From an uncultured bacterium (GTDB taxonomy: Bacteria; Bdellovibrionota_C; UBA2361; CALJRW01): DNA of 64,000 nucleotides. The notes below the pieces were generated by a model. It saw only the letters and a program-made list of their open reading frames with translations. It searched no databases and was not told the origin of the DNA. Shown in pieces: positions 37,602 to 46,687 of the stretch. The stretch is taken from positions 511-64,510 of the forward strand of contig CALJRW010000023.1 in assembly GCA_937976335.1 (NCBI GenBank), in the 5' to 3' direction. Both the position numbers and the translations under genes were made by a program. Position 1 is the stretch's first letter, and each line of letters starts with the position of its first letter.

Positions 37602-37712
37602 ATGAAGGATTTTTTGGATAGACTACTATCCCTAGTAGATAAGGTTTTAGACTCACTTACACCTAAGGAGCCAGTTAGAGTTCCTGTAAGGAGTAAAAAA
37701 CCTAAGAGATAA
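37602..37712 (+). CDS. Candidate small ORF (36 aa, MKDFLDRLLSLVDKVLDSLTPKEPVRVPVRSKKPKR)
   Basis: The ATG is preceded by TATAAT (37590-37595) at leaderless-compatible spacing. The product would be an amphipathic helix plus a basic tail. No SD and no homology evidence. Confidence 0.2.
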   Translation: MKDFLDRLLSLVDKVLDSLTPKEPVRVPVRSKKPKR

Positions 37713-37728
37713 AGTATATAAATCAACA

Positions 37729-38280
37729 ATGAGCATTAGTTCAAATTATAGAATAATCGGCACATCTTTACTTACCTACGAGATGAGTATTTCTACTTAC
37801 CCTTCTAGTAATCAAAAAACTTTTGAAGACTTTAGGATATCTCTTTGTACTGTAAATACTGAAACTCTAGAGTCTTATTTAGAAGATCTTCTAGAGTTAA
37901 AGATTTCAGACACTCGCTTATTTATCAAAAGAGATTTGCGATATACTTTTTTGTTTGCAGTAGCATTTGGTCTAGTAGTATCAACTCTAGCTTTTTTGTT
38001 GCTAAAATTATCAACTAGTTTTTTTGATAATTCTTTAATACATTTATTTTTTATATGTTCAGCTGTGCTAGTCCCTTTTTGCATTTTTTGGCAGATATAT
38101 CCTCAAAAAATACTCCGTAGAAGAATTACTTTTGCGCAAGTTCTTACTAGAGAGATATCTAGAAGAAGGGGTGATGGAAAAAAATCACCAGTTGTGATTG
38201 GCATTCAGAATTTCTTATCAAGAAAAAGAAAAGAAGCCTTTACTGGTCTTTCTGGGGCGGCTAAGGAAATTGTTCACTAG
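37729..38280 (+). CDS. Hypothetical membrane protein (two TM segments)
   Basis: 183 aa. Central hydrophobic hairpin FLFAVAFGLVVSTLAFLLL / LIHLFFICSAVLVPFCIFW. Confidence 0.4.
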   Translation: MSISSNYRIIGTSLLTYEMSISTYPSSNQKTFEDFRISLCTVNTETLESYLEDLLELKISDTRLFIKRDLRYTFLFAVAFGLVVSTLAFLLLKLSTSFFDNSLIHLFFICSAVLVPFCIFWQIYPQKILRRRITFAQVLTREISRRRGDGKKSPVVIGIQNFLSRKRKEAFTGLSGAAKEIVH

Positions 38281-38334
38281 TTTTTTTCTTTTTCTAGTTC
38301 ATGAAAACAATATTTATGAGTTTAACAATAAAAA

Positions 38335-38363
38335 CCCCCTCGAATAATTAATATCCAAGGGGG
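38335..38363 (-). terminator. Weak hairpin plus T-run (minus-strand sense) downstream of the 38400-38735 gene
   Basis: CCCCCT / AGGGGG stem (38335-40 and 38358-63) with a 17-nt loop. The minus strand reads ...GGGGGTTTTTATT. Confidence 0.35.
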
Positions 38364-38399
38364 CAAGAAAGTTAAAGGAGATTATTACTAAAAAACTTT

Positions 38400-38735
38400 T
38401 TATGATGCCTTCTTATACTCAGGAAAATACCAAGGAGCCATTTTTCTATTTCCTCTTTTAGGCATTTCTTTAATTATTTTTGAAACACTTTTATAATTTA
38501 AATCAAGTTGTTCACAAATCCAGGCAAAAGAAAATAATCGATTTTCATCATCTGAATTCTCACCAAAGAGCCAATTGTGTGCCTCATTTATCTCTATTTG
38601 ACTATTGCCTACATAGTCAAGAATAGATCTCTCTAAAATTGCCATTAAAAGGTTTCTTTCAGGTGTTCCAGTTTGATTTGGAGCTGAGTATGAACCGTTA
38701 GGCTCAAAGATTCTTATATTGTTTGTATTAGACAT
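38400..38735 (-). CDS. Hypothetical protein
   Basis: 111-aa ORF. No motif recognised. Confidence 0.4.
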   Translation of the reverse strand: MSNTNNIRIFEPNGSYSAPNQTGTPERNLLMAILERSILDYVGNSQIEINEAHNWLFGENSDDENRLFSFAWICEQLDLNYKSVSKIIKEMPKRGNRKMAPWYFPEYKKAS

Positions 38736-38856
38736 AAAATTATCTCTCTTTTTTGTTCGTTATATATAGACGTGGGTTGGTAGGAATAATTCAAATAAAT
38801 AGGCCTTATATATTAGGTGGTTATAAGAAAGTTAGTTATTGATACAGATTGAATAC

Positions 38857-38977
38857 TTTAAATTTTCCTTTCTCCTTAGCCATCCCCCTTATCTTTATCT
38901 TCTCCCTGATCCTGCTCTTTCTCTTTCTCTTTGTCTTTCTCTTTGTCTTCACCTTGATCCTGATCCTGATCTTGATC
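38857..38977. repeat. Left arm of a long inverted repeat flanking the four-helix-bundle gene (pyrimidine-rich)
   Basis: It begins TTTAAATTTTCC, contains CTCCTTAGCCA, and ends in a perfect 31-nt core at 38941-38971 (CTTTGTCTTCACCTTGATCCTGATCCTGATC). That core is the reverse complement of 39370-39400. Confidence 0.85.
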
Positions 38978-39014
38978 AAGAAACTTTGTTCACTAAACCG
39001 TCGATAGTATAATT

Positions 39015-39356
39015 ATGTTTGCACATGAAAAATTTCATCCTTATATTTTCAGTATAGAGTTCGCTAAAATTGTTGTAGATATTTGCAAAAAACTTCCTAC
39101 AGGATCATCCTCAATTCGAGATCAACTTAAAAGAGCCACGTTTTCTGTTTCTCTAAATATTGCTGAAGGAACCGGCAAGTTTAGTGAGAAAGAAAAATTA
39201 AGATATTATAGAATTGCTAGAGGGTCTGCTATAGAATGTGCAGCAATATGTGATATTCTTGAATTGCAAGATCCTAAGTTAAAAGTACTAACAGCTGAAG
39301 GGAAAAAATTGCTTATATCTATTGTAAATATTTTAAGTACTATTTGTTCTAAGTAG
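39015..39356 (+). CDS. Four-helix-bundle protein (23S rRNA intervening-sequence protein / Avd family)
   Basis: 113 aa. Family-typical IRDQLKRATFSVSLNIAEGTGKFSEKEKLRYYRIARGSAIECAAICDIL. Confidence 0.8.
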   Translation: MFAHEKFHPYIFSIEFAKIVVDICKKLPTGSSSIRDQLKRATFSVSLNIAEGTGKFSEKEKLRYYRIARGSAIECAAICDILELQDPKLKVLTAEGKKLLISIVNILSTICSK

Positions 39357-39362
39357 TATGTG

Positions 39363-39454
39363 AGATTAGGATCAGGATCAGGATCAAGGTGAAGACAAAG
39401 ACGAAGAGAAAGAGAAAGGGAAGGATAGTGGCTAGGAGGAGTGGAAAATTTAAA
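39363..39454. repeat. Right arm of the long inverted repeat (purine-rich)
   Basis: GATTAGGATCAGGATCAGGATCAAGGTGAAGACAAAG...TGGCTAGGAGGAG...GGAAAATTTAAA. This is the reverse complement of the left arm with ~30 nt of indels. Confidence 0.85.
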
Positions 39455-39483
39455 TTTGAATGAAAGTTTTCGATAAGAATAAA

Positions 39484-40710
39484 CTAGCTTAATACACCTA
39501 AGACTCTCTCTACCTGCTCAAGAGAACTAAAAGGTTCTATTTCCTCGTTAGCACTGCCCTCAAACAACTTAGAAGGAAAATAAGGGAAAGGAATAGATAA
39601 AGCAGATTCTAATTCTAACAAGACCTGTGGATCTTCTTGCTTATCTTTATTTTTTTTAAACTGAGCTTTAAGTTTAAGTATTTCTGTTAATCCAAGTCTA
39701 TAAACTTTTTGAAGACCAAGCTTTATATAAGCATTTTTATAGTCATATTTTTCTTTTTCTAAAACTTCAAATCCTATTTCTATAGCACCTTTAACTTTTT
39801 CTGTGAGCTCAAAAACTGAATTAGTTTCATGAAAATCAATACCAAAATGAACAATTCCAGCATTCATAAGAAGACCTAATTCCATTTCAATTTCTTCTCT
39901 AAACTTGGCTTCAGTTATTAAATTATACAATCGATTTTGAAACATGCTTTGATAAATTAGAGATTTTAGTGAGTAATAGTCTTTTGTTTTTAAAGCTTCT
40001 ATGTCTTTATTGAGATCTGTTTTTAAGTGTTCAAAATTAATTTTAGAATTGATTTCATATGCCCATTCTGGATCAGGAATTCCTTCAGCTAAAAGTCGTT
40101 TTGTTTTTTCTTGATAAGATTCTTCCATTAATACTGTTTTCGTACTAACTGATGGCATTTGAATAAGTTGATAAAAAAGCTCAGCAGAAGTTTCAAAAAT
40201 TAAAGCTAGAAGTCTTGAAAAAGCAAAATGCTTATCTTCCTCTTCTAGTTTAATTCTTATCCATGTATAGCCTTGATCTGGTGTGAAAAATCCGCCTTCT
40301 GGTGGTTTTTCAGTAGGTTCTGTGAAAACAACATGTTCAACATATTTGCCGATTAGTAAAGTGACTAACTTAAGGTCACAAAATTTTAAAAATTTTTGTA
40401 GAAATTTTAACTCGTTTTCACTACTTCCTATTTTAATCCATTCCCAAAGATTATCTTCTGAAAGTTCATCTTTACTCCAGCAATCAAAGTCTATAACTAA
40501 CCTACATTGTTCAATTCTTGCTACATTCAAAACTTCAATTGCATTTTCATGATCGAGTAGTTTTATGGCTGTGAATAGGTTTTGAGCAGGTAAGCTTCTA
40601 ACTTCTTCATCAGTAAGCTCTGCCTTAAAGAGAGCTCTAGCTAAGAGTTTAGCTGACATGTCTTTTATTAATTTAGGTGTATTCTCTGAATTTCTCGTTT
40701 CTTTGTTCAT
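39484..40710 (-). CDS. Conserved hypothetical protein
   Basis: 408-aa ORF, predicted helical. No catalytic motif recognised. Confidence 0.45.
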   Translation of the reverse strand: MNKETRNSENTPKLIKDMSAKLLARALFKAELTDEEVRSLPAQNLFTAIKLLDHENAIEVLNVARIEQCRLVIDFDCWSKDELSEDNLWEWIKIGSSENELKFLQKFLKFCDLKLVTLLIGKYVEHVVFTEPTEKPPEGGFFTPDQGYTWIRIKLEEEDKHFAFSRLLALIFETSAELFYQLIQMPSVSTKTVLMEESYQEKTKRLLAEGIPDPEWAYEINSKINFEHLKTDLNKDIEALKTKDYYSLKSLIYQSMFQNRLYNLITEAKFREEIEMELGLLMNAGIVHFGIDFHETNSVFELTEKVKGAIEIGFEVLEKEKYDYKNAYIKLGLQKVYRLGLTEILKLKAQFKKNKDKQEDPQVLLELESALSIPFPYFPSKLFEGSANEEIEPFSSLEQVERVLGVLS

Positions 40711-40774
40711 TACTTTTTTATTAATATCTTTTCTTTTATAATTATGACGGCAAAAATATAGCAGTTAAATTATC

Positions 40775-41335
40775 TTACGCTGCTTTAAGTGGTGCAAAAA
40801 CAATAAAAATCTGTCTACCTCTAGGTGGAGATTGCTCATCAATTATAGAAATATCTTTTAGCTCTTCTTTGATTTCATTAAATTTAGCAAATCCAAGATC
40901 CATGTGGGCGATTTCTCTTCCTCTAAAACGCATAGAAAATTTAACTTTATCTCCTTCTTCTAGAAATTGTCGCGCTTTTTTGAGCTTAGTATCCAGATCG
41001 CCCTTGTCAGTTCTATATCTAATTCTAAGTTCTTTGATTGAAATTTCATTTCTTTTTTTTCTAGCTTCAGCTTGTTTCTTCTGTTCTTTATATTTGAATT
41101 TCCCATAATCAAGAAGTTTGCAAACAGGCGGTTTGCCATTAGGTGCAACTTCTACAAGATCTAAGCCAGCATCTTGGGCTTTAGCTAAAGCATCTTCAAT
41201 TTTAAGAATACCAAACTGTTCACCATCTTCCCCAACAAGTCTAACTTCTTTAGCTCTTATGTACTTATTTGTTCTGTGAGTGTCTTTAGGCCGGTTGAAA
41301 CTACCTCTGCCTTTATAGTTTCCGCTTTTACTCAA
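40775..41335 (-). CDS. infC: Translation initiation factor IF-3
   Basis: IRAKEVRLVGEDGEQFGI, GLDLVEV...PPVCKLLDYGKFKYE-like, and the C-domain FRGREIAH. The ORF starts at TTG (41335-41333), with AGGA 7 nt upstream. Confidence 0.92.
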   Translation of the reverse strand: MSKSGNYKGRGSFNRPKDTHRTNKYIRAKEVRLVGEDGEQFGILKIEDALAKAQDAGLDLVEVAPNGKPPVCKLLDYGKFKYKEQKKQAEARKKRNEISIKELRIRYRTDKGDLDTKLKKARQFLEEGDKVKFSMRFRGREIAHMDLGFAKFNEIKEELKDISIIDEQSPPRGRQIFIVFAPLKAA

Positions 41336-41481
41336 TGAATTGTCCTGTTATCATATATATTTATATATCCTTATAATCTTTCAGAAATATTACTGTTTTT
41401 CTGAATTTTATCAAGATGCTAGCCAAAAACTTTAGTTTTTCGCAGCTACGATAGTTAAGTAGCTTAAATTGCTTAAAGAAT

Positions 41482-42453
41482 TCAAGCTCCAGCTCTAATT
41501 AAATTTTCCAATGCTGGAGAGGTTAACTCTTCAAGCGCCTTATAGTTGTCGCCAGCTCCGGCATGAAACTTGAGTCTGTGAAGAAGAGCATATGGAGCAA
41601 TATGCTTTAAATCATCTTCTGTTACGTAATCTCTGCCTTCAAGAAGAGCCCAGGCGCGAACAGATTTTTGAAGCATTATTGCAGCTCTAGTGGAAGCGCC
41701 AAATTGTAAAATATTGCTGTCTCTTGTTGCTTGAACTATTTGAACAATAGCTTTAGATATATTCTCACTAACATTTACAGATTTTGCAGCTTTTCTTGCT
41801 TCAAGAATTTCATCTCTCGTGCATACCGGAGTTACATCTTTTACAGCTTTTTCAATTTCATTATGTTTTAACAAAATTTCTAGTTCTGATTCTGAATCTA
41901 CATAGGTCATAGGGATTTTTAGTAAGAAACGATCAAGTTGAACTAAAGGTAAAGGGTACGTTCCGGCAAGATCTAGCGGATTTTGCGTTCCAATAACAAA
42001 AAATAAATCGTCTAGTTCATAGGTCACATTATCTAGAGTAACTTGTTTTTCAGCCATGCATTCTAAAAAAGCAGATTGCACTTTAGGGCCAGTTCTATTA
42101 ATTTCATCCGCTAAAACTATATGTGCAAAAATAGGTCCTCTAATAAAGTTAAAGTTGCCTTTTTGAGGATCAAAAATATTTACACCAAGAACATCACCAG
42201 GGAGTAAGTCAGGAGTAAATTGGACTCTTTTAAAAGGAGCAATATCTTCGCGAGCGGTAGACGAAATTAACCCTCCAAGAGTTTTGGTGAGCATAGTTTT
42301 TCCTGAACCTGGATAATCTTCAAGAAGAACATGCCCGTCAGCAATCAGAGCACAAAGAACTAGATCGATCGTATCATCTCTTCCTTTAATTACTTCTTTT
42401 ACGCCAGTTCTTAATTTATTAATTGTTTGTATTGCTTTTTCGCTATTATTCAT
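41482..42453 (-). CDS. MoxR-family AAA+ ATPase
   Basis: 323 aa. Walker A YPGSGKTML, Walker B VLADEINR, and VIGTQNP. Confidence 0.9.
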   Translation of the reverse strand: MNNSEKAIQTINKLRTGVKEVIKGRDDTIDLVLCALIADGHVLLEDYPGSGKTMLTKTLGGLISSTAREDIAPFKRVQFTPDLLPGDVLGVNIFDPQKGNFNFIRGPIFAHIVLADEINRTGPKVQSAFLECMAEKQVTLDNVTYELDDLFFVIGTQNPLDLAGTYPLPLVQLDRFLLKIPMTYVDSESELEILLKHNEIEKAVKDVTPVCTRDEILEARKAAKSVNVSENISKAIVQIVQATRDSNILQFGASTRAAIMLQKSVRAWALLEGRDYVTEDDLKHIAPYALLHRLKFHAGAGDNYKALEELTSPALENLIRAGA

Positions 42454-42572
42454 ATGAGATTTTTAACATACTATTATTATTTCGTCACCTGGTTTTGAAA
42501 CTAGCATAATAGTGGGATAGTAGTAGAAAATAGAAATTGTGAGTTTGCTCTAAAAGAGCTTCTATAGTTTTT

Positions 42573-44480
42573 TTACTCGTCCTGAAAAACAGTAAGAGAA
42601 AAGTTATTTACAAGTTCAGTCACATCTTGAGAAGTAACTTTAACATTTCCAATTACGGGAGAGTCAGATTTGAAGGTTAAAACATGGTCAGAAGAATTTA
42701 GATCTTGTTCATATTTGATGGTAAATTGATATTTTTCTTTATTTGTTACTATAAATCCAGTCTTATTTAAGCTTTTGATAATTTTTTTAGGAATGTTACT
42801 TCCATTAACAGGCATTCTAATTCCATACATTCGTGGTGCAGGTTTTGACATTTCATATAGTCTATGAGCGAACTTAGGATATAATTCGTGTTCTTTGTTA
42901 ACTGCTAGTAGAAATAAAGCCATCGCATGTTTTCTTATTGCTCTATCATATAACGGTCTTCCTTTATTTATTGTGTTTATTAAGAGTTCAATAGCTTTTT
43001 CTTTCTTAGCATTTTTTAATAAAGACTCAGCAATATATGTGTCATAGTAAATTTTTGCTCCTTCTCTAGTGTCAGTTTTTAACTCACTTGCAATTCTTCT
43101 TTTTAATATTTTTGGTCTGACATCAGAAAGCACAAAACCAAGTGCAGGATAATCGAGCATGCTATCAGTATGTCTGACATATAAATCTTCTATGAAATTT
43201 AAATCTTCAATTAGAATTTGTCTTGCTCTTCTTTTGTACCACCAAGATTTAAGTGTGTTTTTAAAGATAGTTTTTTGTTTAATAAGAACGTTTTCAAAGT
43301 TTCTCGATTCTGTAAATTTTAAAAAGTTATTTTTAACTTTTAAAGCTTGAGCAAGGCTACTTAAGACGGCCGCTTTCATGTCATTTTGGCTAGTTCCTAT
43401 TTTTCCAAACCATTGTTGGTTTTTATTAGCCTCTTCTAAGTAATTTAGTGCTTCGTCAACTTTGCCTTTATAAAGGGCTATTCTTCCCTTAGCCAAGTTT
43501 ACTAAACCTCTATGTTCTTCTCCATTTCTAAGTGGATACTGTGCGACGCAAGATTCAAAATTACTTATTATTGATGCAGCTTCGTTGTAGTTTGTTTCTT
43601 CCATTAGTACCAAAGCAAGATTCATGCTAGGTAGAACATGTTCGCAACCATCTGGCAATCTAATTGCCTGATTCCATGACTCTTTTGCCTTTTCTTCTTT
43701 GAAAGACTCTCTGTATATTTCGCCTACATTGTTGAGAGGAGTTGCGGGTTGTCCATTTTCTCCTAAAGCTAGTTCGTATTTTATAGTTTTTTTGAAGACA
43801 TTAATTGCCGCATCAGTTTGTCCTGTCATTGAAAGCAATATGCCAAGTACATTTTGAGTTGATCCAATGTTCCCACCAAAAACTAAACCAAGTCTTGCAA
43901 CTTTAATAGCTTCATCTAATTTTCCTTGCTTCATTAATATCCAGGCTTTAGAGGAAGCTAGATATGGTGATTGATAACCATATCTTTCGAAATCTAGCAG
44001 TGGTTGAAGTGCTCCTTCGTAGTCATCTAAGTTTAATCTGCACTGAGAAATTAAATTTAGAATATCTGCATGATAGGAATAGGGGAGAGTCTCTAAGTAT
44101 GGTGGCTCTCCAAATTTTTCTTTAAGTAAATTTAAAGCTTGTTTTGCATATTTAAGCGCAAGACGAAAATGCCCTACATGAATTAAATAATATGTAGATA
44201 GAGCTATATGAGCTTTGAACTCTTTAGGGTTTTTTTTGAGTGCTTTTAGAAGTTTTGTTCGTGCATCAAGAAGCCTTTCATCTTGTTGGAGTATCAAAGC
44301 TTCAATGATTAGTTCGTCTGAGCTTTTATCTATATCTTCGTCAATCTCAGTAGGTTTTTCATTTTCTAGTAACTCTTTGTTTAAGTGATCGAATGGATCA
44401 ATTTCTTGCGCATGTAAGTCGGTCGTTATCAGATTTAGCGTTAAGACGATAGTTGAGAGATAGAGAATTTTTCTTATCAT
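42573..44480 (-). CDS. Secreted TPR-repeat protein
   Basis: 635 aa. Signal peptide (...DLHAQE) and multiple TPR-like A/Y/L-patterned helices. Confidence 0.65.
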   Translation of the reverse strand: MIRKILYLSTIVLTLNLITTDLHAQEIDPFDHLNKELLENEKPTEIDEDIDKSSDELIIEALILQQDERLLDARTKLLKALKKNPKEFKAHIALSTYYLIHVGHFRLALKYAKQALNLLKEKFGEPPYLETLPYSYHADILNLISQCRLNLDDYEGALQPLLDFERYGYQSPYLASSKAWILMKQGKLDEAIKVARLGLVFGGNIGSTQNVLGILLSMTGQTDAAINVFKKTIKYELALGENGQPATPLNNVGEIYRESFKEEKAKESWNQAIRLPDGCEHVLPSMNLALVLMEETNYNEAASIISNFESCVAQYPLRNGEEHRGLVNLAKGRIALYKGKVDEALNYLEEANKNQQWFGKIGTSQNDMKAAVLSSLAQALKVKNNFLKFTESRNFENVLIKQKTIFKNTLKSWWYKRRARQILIEDLNFIEDLYVRHTDSMLDYPALGFVLSDVRPKILKRRIASELKTDTREGAKIYYDTYIAESLLKNAKKEKAIELLINTINKGRPLYDRAIRKHAMALFLLAVNKEHELYPKFAHRLYEMSKPAPRMYGIRMPVNGSNIPKKIIKSLNKTGFIVTNKEKYQFTIKYEQDLNSSDHVLTFKSDSPVIGNVKVTSQDVTELVNNFSLTVFQDE

Positions 44481-46687
44481 ATTTCTCCTCTCAAAAAACT
44501 AATTACAGAAGTTGGGTTGAGTAGGGATATAAATCTATTTAAAATCCCCATGTTTTTAAGTTTTTTAAAATCGCTTTTTGTTATAGATATTATATCTTCT
44601 GAGATTTTTTTATTATTAGAATAGTTTGTTTTATTTAGAATTGGTGTAAGTTTTAGTATCTCCATATCTAATTCTTCTGAAACTCGTTTCATATATTCAT
44701 ACCTTGTTTCTGCAACTTCTCTTGGTATGGACAAGTCTTCCAAATAAGATCCGATAGCTCGATAAGCTCTTTTTAACTTTGTTTCTAAATTACTTGGAAG
44801 AATCCAACTAAAGCGTAAGAATAGTTTAGTTAACATAAAAGATAAGGCAGTTAGTGCAAGAATCCATAATAGGCTTTTAGGATTAATATCGAGTGCAGAT
44901 TTTTCAAGTTGAGAATTTATGTTCTCATCTTCTAGTGTGTCTTCGGGAAGAATTTCTTCACCAGGTTCTAAAAATCCCATAAGCTCCTCAAGCAGATTCA
45001 TATCAACTGGTGTTTCTCCATGATTTTCAACTTGTTCAGGTTGAGTATCAACAGGAATCCAACCAATATCATTTACAAAAATTTCAGCCCAAGCATGTCT
45101 ATCATTCATTCTCAGTAAAATATGTCCGTCTCTAGCTTGGCTTAGGTCAGTAAGATATCCAGTTCCTATTCTTGCAGGAATTCCAAGAGAGCGGAGCATG
45201 TAAGTAGTTGCATGAGCGAAGTGTACGCAGTATCCGCGCTTGTCACCAAAAAGAAATGTAGCAGTTGGGTCGCCATCTTTCTCAACTTCATGATTTGGAG
45301 TTAAAGTATAGATAGCGTTTTTATTTAGATATTCAATCATTTTAAAAACTTTATCAATCTCGCTTGTTTCAGTTTTTGTTATTTCTTCGGCTAAATTTAA
45401 ATAACGTTCGTCTTTGCTGGTTTCTAAGTAATTTTTTAATTCACTTTCGCTCCAGTTCGGATTTCTTAAATTTGCAGAATCAAGAACGCTTTTAGGATAT
45501 GTTGGAACCATAGAATAAGCACGATATGCAGTTTTAAATTTTTTATTATCTTTTGGGATTTTTAATCGGACGAGAGATATAGGGTAATCTAGAGAAAATG
45601 CAAGTTTATGCTTAGATAGTAAGTAAATTGATTGGTTGATTGGTTCTCTATGTAAAACTAAGGGAATATTTTTATTTTCAAAAAACTCTCCTGGGCTAGC
45701 AAAGCTAACATCCGAATCCTGATTTTTAGAAGCAATGACAAACTTTTTTCCATCATACTTTGATAATGCCGCTTCTCTAAAATAAAGCATTGGACTGTTT
45801 GGGTTATTTGCATAATCTCCTTCTAGTCTTACTAAGGCTGCAGGTTGACTAGAACTTCCAAGTGAAGAATGAAAATCAAGAGGGCTCATCCCTTCTCCTG
45901 ATTCTTGTCTTACGCCATTACTTAAAACTGAAGAACTATGTGCATTATAGGTTGCATTTGAGATCAAAAATAAAATCAAGGAAAATATGCCAAAGAAAGT
46001 TAATAACCAAAGAGGTTTTGTTTTTTGCATTAAAAGTTGTCTTTCATTATTCATTATTGCAGGAATTGGCTTTCCAGGAAGAGTCGCTAAAAGAATATAA
46101 GCTGTAATTAAAACGAAGCTTAAAGCTCCTAGAATAACTAAGAGCTGTAAATGACTGACATCAAAATTCCAAGCCCAATCTGTTAAAAGAGGAAATTGGT
46201 CAAATCGGTAGTTTCTATGAGGAGAAAAAGCTGAAACTAAGCCAACTGTTAGTAAAACTGTTTCAAGAATTACTACAATTGGATAACGCCAAAATAAGAA
46301 TGCAGATATTAGTCCAATAAAAGAAAATATTAATATTAAATTAAGCTGTTCAGTTAGTATTGTAGTAGCTAAAATTTGAGCATTTTTTTCAAAACTAAAA
46401 AAATTAATAAAAATTATAATAAGTTTATATAGAACATAAAATATAAAAGCTCCAAGAAATAGAGTTGATAGCCTAACTTTTGTAAAAGATAGAGAGCTTG
46501 CTAGATAAGTGCTTATATAAATTCCAATATATAAAAGTGGTAAATTTACACCAAGAGGTAAGAGTTTATTTAAGATCCACACTAGAGTGCAGAGGAATAA
46601 AGCTCTTAGAAAATTTAGTATATGGAAATATATTTTTTCTTGAGAATTCATAGTTAAGAATAAACCTGCCATTGATATTTTAAACAA
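44477..46687 (-). CDS. Transglutaminase-like domain membrane protein
   Basis: An N-terminal block of ~6 TM segments and a C-terminal TM. Cys-His-Asp core GYCVHFAHATTYMLRSLGIPARIGTGY, HAWAEIF, WIPVDT. An alternative ATG at 46651 lies 2 nt after the DUF58 stop. Confidence 0.8.
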   Translation of the reverse strand: MFKISMAGLFLTMNSQEKIYFHILNFLRALFLCTLVWILNKLLPLGVNLPLLYIGIYISTYLASSLSFTKVRLSTLFLGAFIFYVLYKLIIIFINFFSFEKNAQILATTILTEQLNLILIFSFIGLISAFLFWRYPIVVILETVLLTVGLVSAFSPHRNYRFDQFPLLTDWAWNFDVSHLQLLVILGALSFVLITAYILLATLPGKPIPAIMNNERQLLMQKTKPLWLLTFFGIFSLILFLISNATYNAHSSSVLSNGVRQESGEGMSPLDFHSSLGSSSQPAALVRLEGDYANNPNSPMLYFREAALSKYDGKKFVIASKNQDSDVSFASPGEFFENKNIPLVLHREPINQSIYLLSKHKLAFSLDYPISLVRLKIPKDNKKFKTAYRAYSMVPTYPKSVLDSANLRNPNWSESELKNYLETSKDERYLNLAEEITKTETSEIDKVFKMIEYLNKNAIYTLTPNHEVEKDGDPTATFLFGDKRGYCVHFAHATTYMLRSLGIPARIGTGYLTDLSQARDGHILLRMNDRHAWAEIFVNDIGWIPVDTQPEQVENHGETPVDMNLLEELMGFLEPGEEILPEDTLEDENINSQLEKSALDINPKSLLWILALTALSFMLTKLFLRFSWILPSNLETKLKRAYRAIGSYLEDLSIPREVAETRYEYMKRVSEELDMEILKLTPILNKTNYSNNKKISEDIISITKSDFKKLKNMGILNRFISLLNPTSVISFLRGEI

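Noticed and set aside
38941-38977. A CRISPR-like or microsatellite array (GATCCT units).
   Set aside because: There are only about three short units without spacers. They are part of the inverted-repeat arm. No CRISPR array or cas genes are present in the window.
38880-38985. An acidic repeat peptide (DQDQDQDQGEDKEKDKEKEKEQDQGEDKDKGDG*) encoded on the minus strand of the left arm, with a similar frame on the plus strand of the right arm.
   Set aside because: The left-arm frame is closed by TGA just upstream and contains no ATG, GTG or TTG start. The right-arm frame contains an internal TAG. The regularity is better explained as a by-product of the purine/pyrimidine microrepeats.
39008-39013. 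TATAAT directly upstream of the four-helix-bundle ATG as its promoter -10 box.
   Set aside because: The box ends 1 nt before the ATG, so a normal start site would fall inside the ORF. The promoter is more likely upstream of the left repeat arm.
38857-39454. Diversity-generating retroelement (DGR), suggested by the Avd-family four-helix-bundle gene.
   Set aside because: There is no reverse transcriptase gene anywhere in the window, and no template/variable repeat pair with adenine-specific mismatches. The flanking repeats are inverted, not direct.
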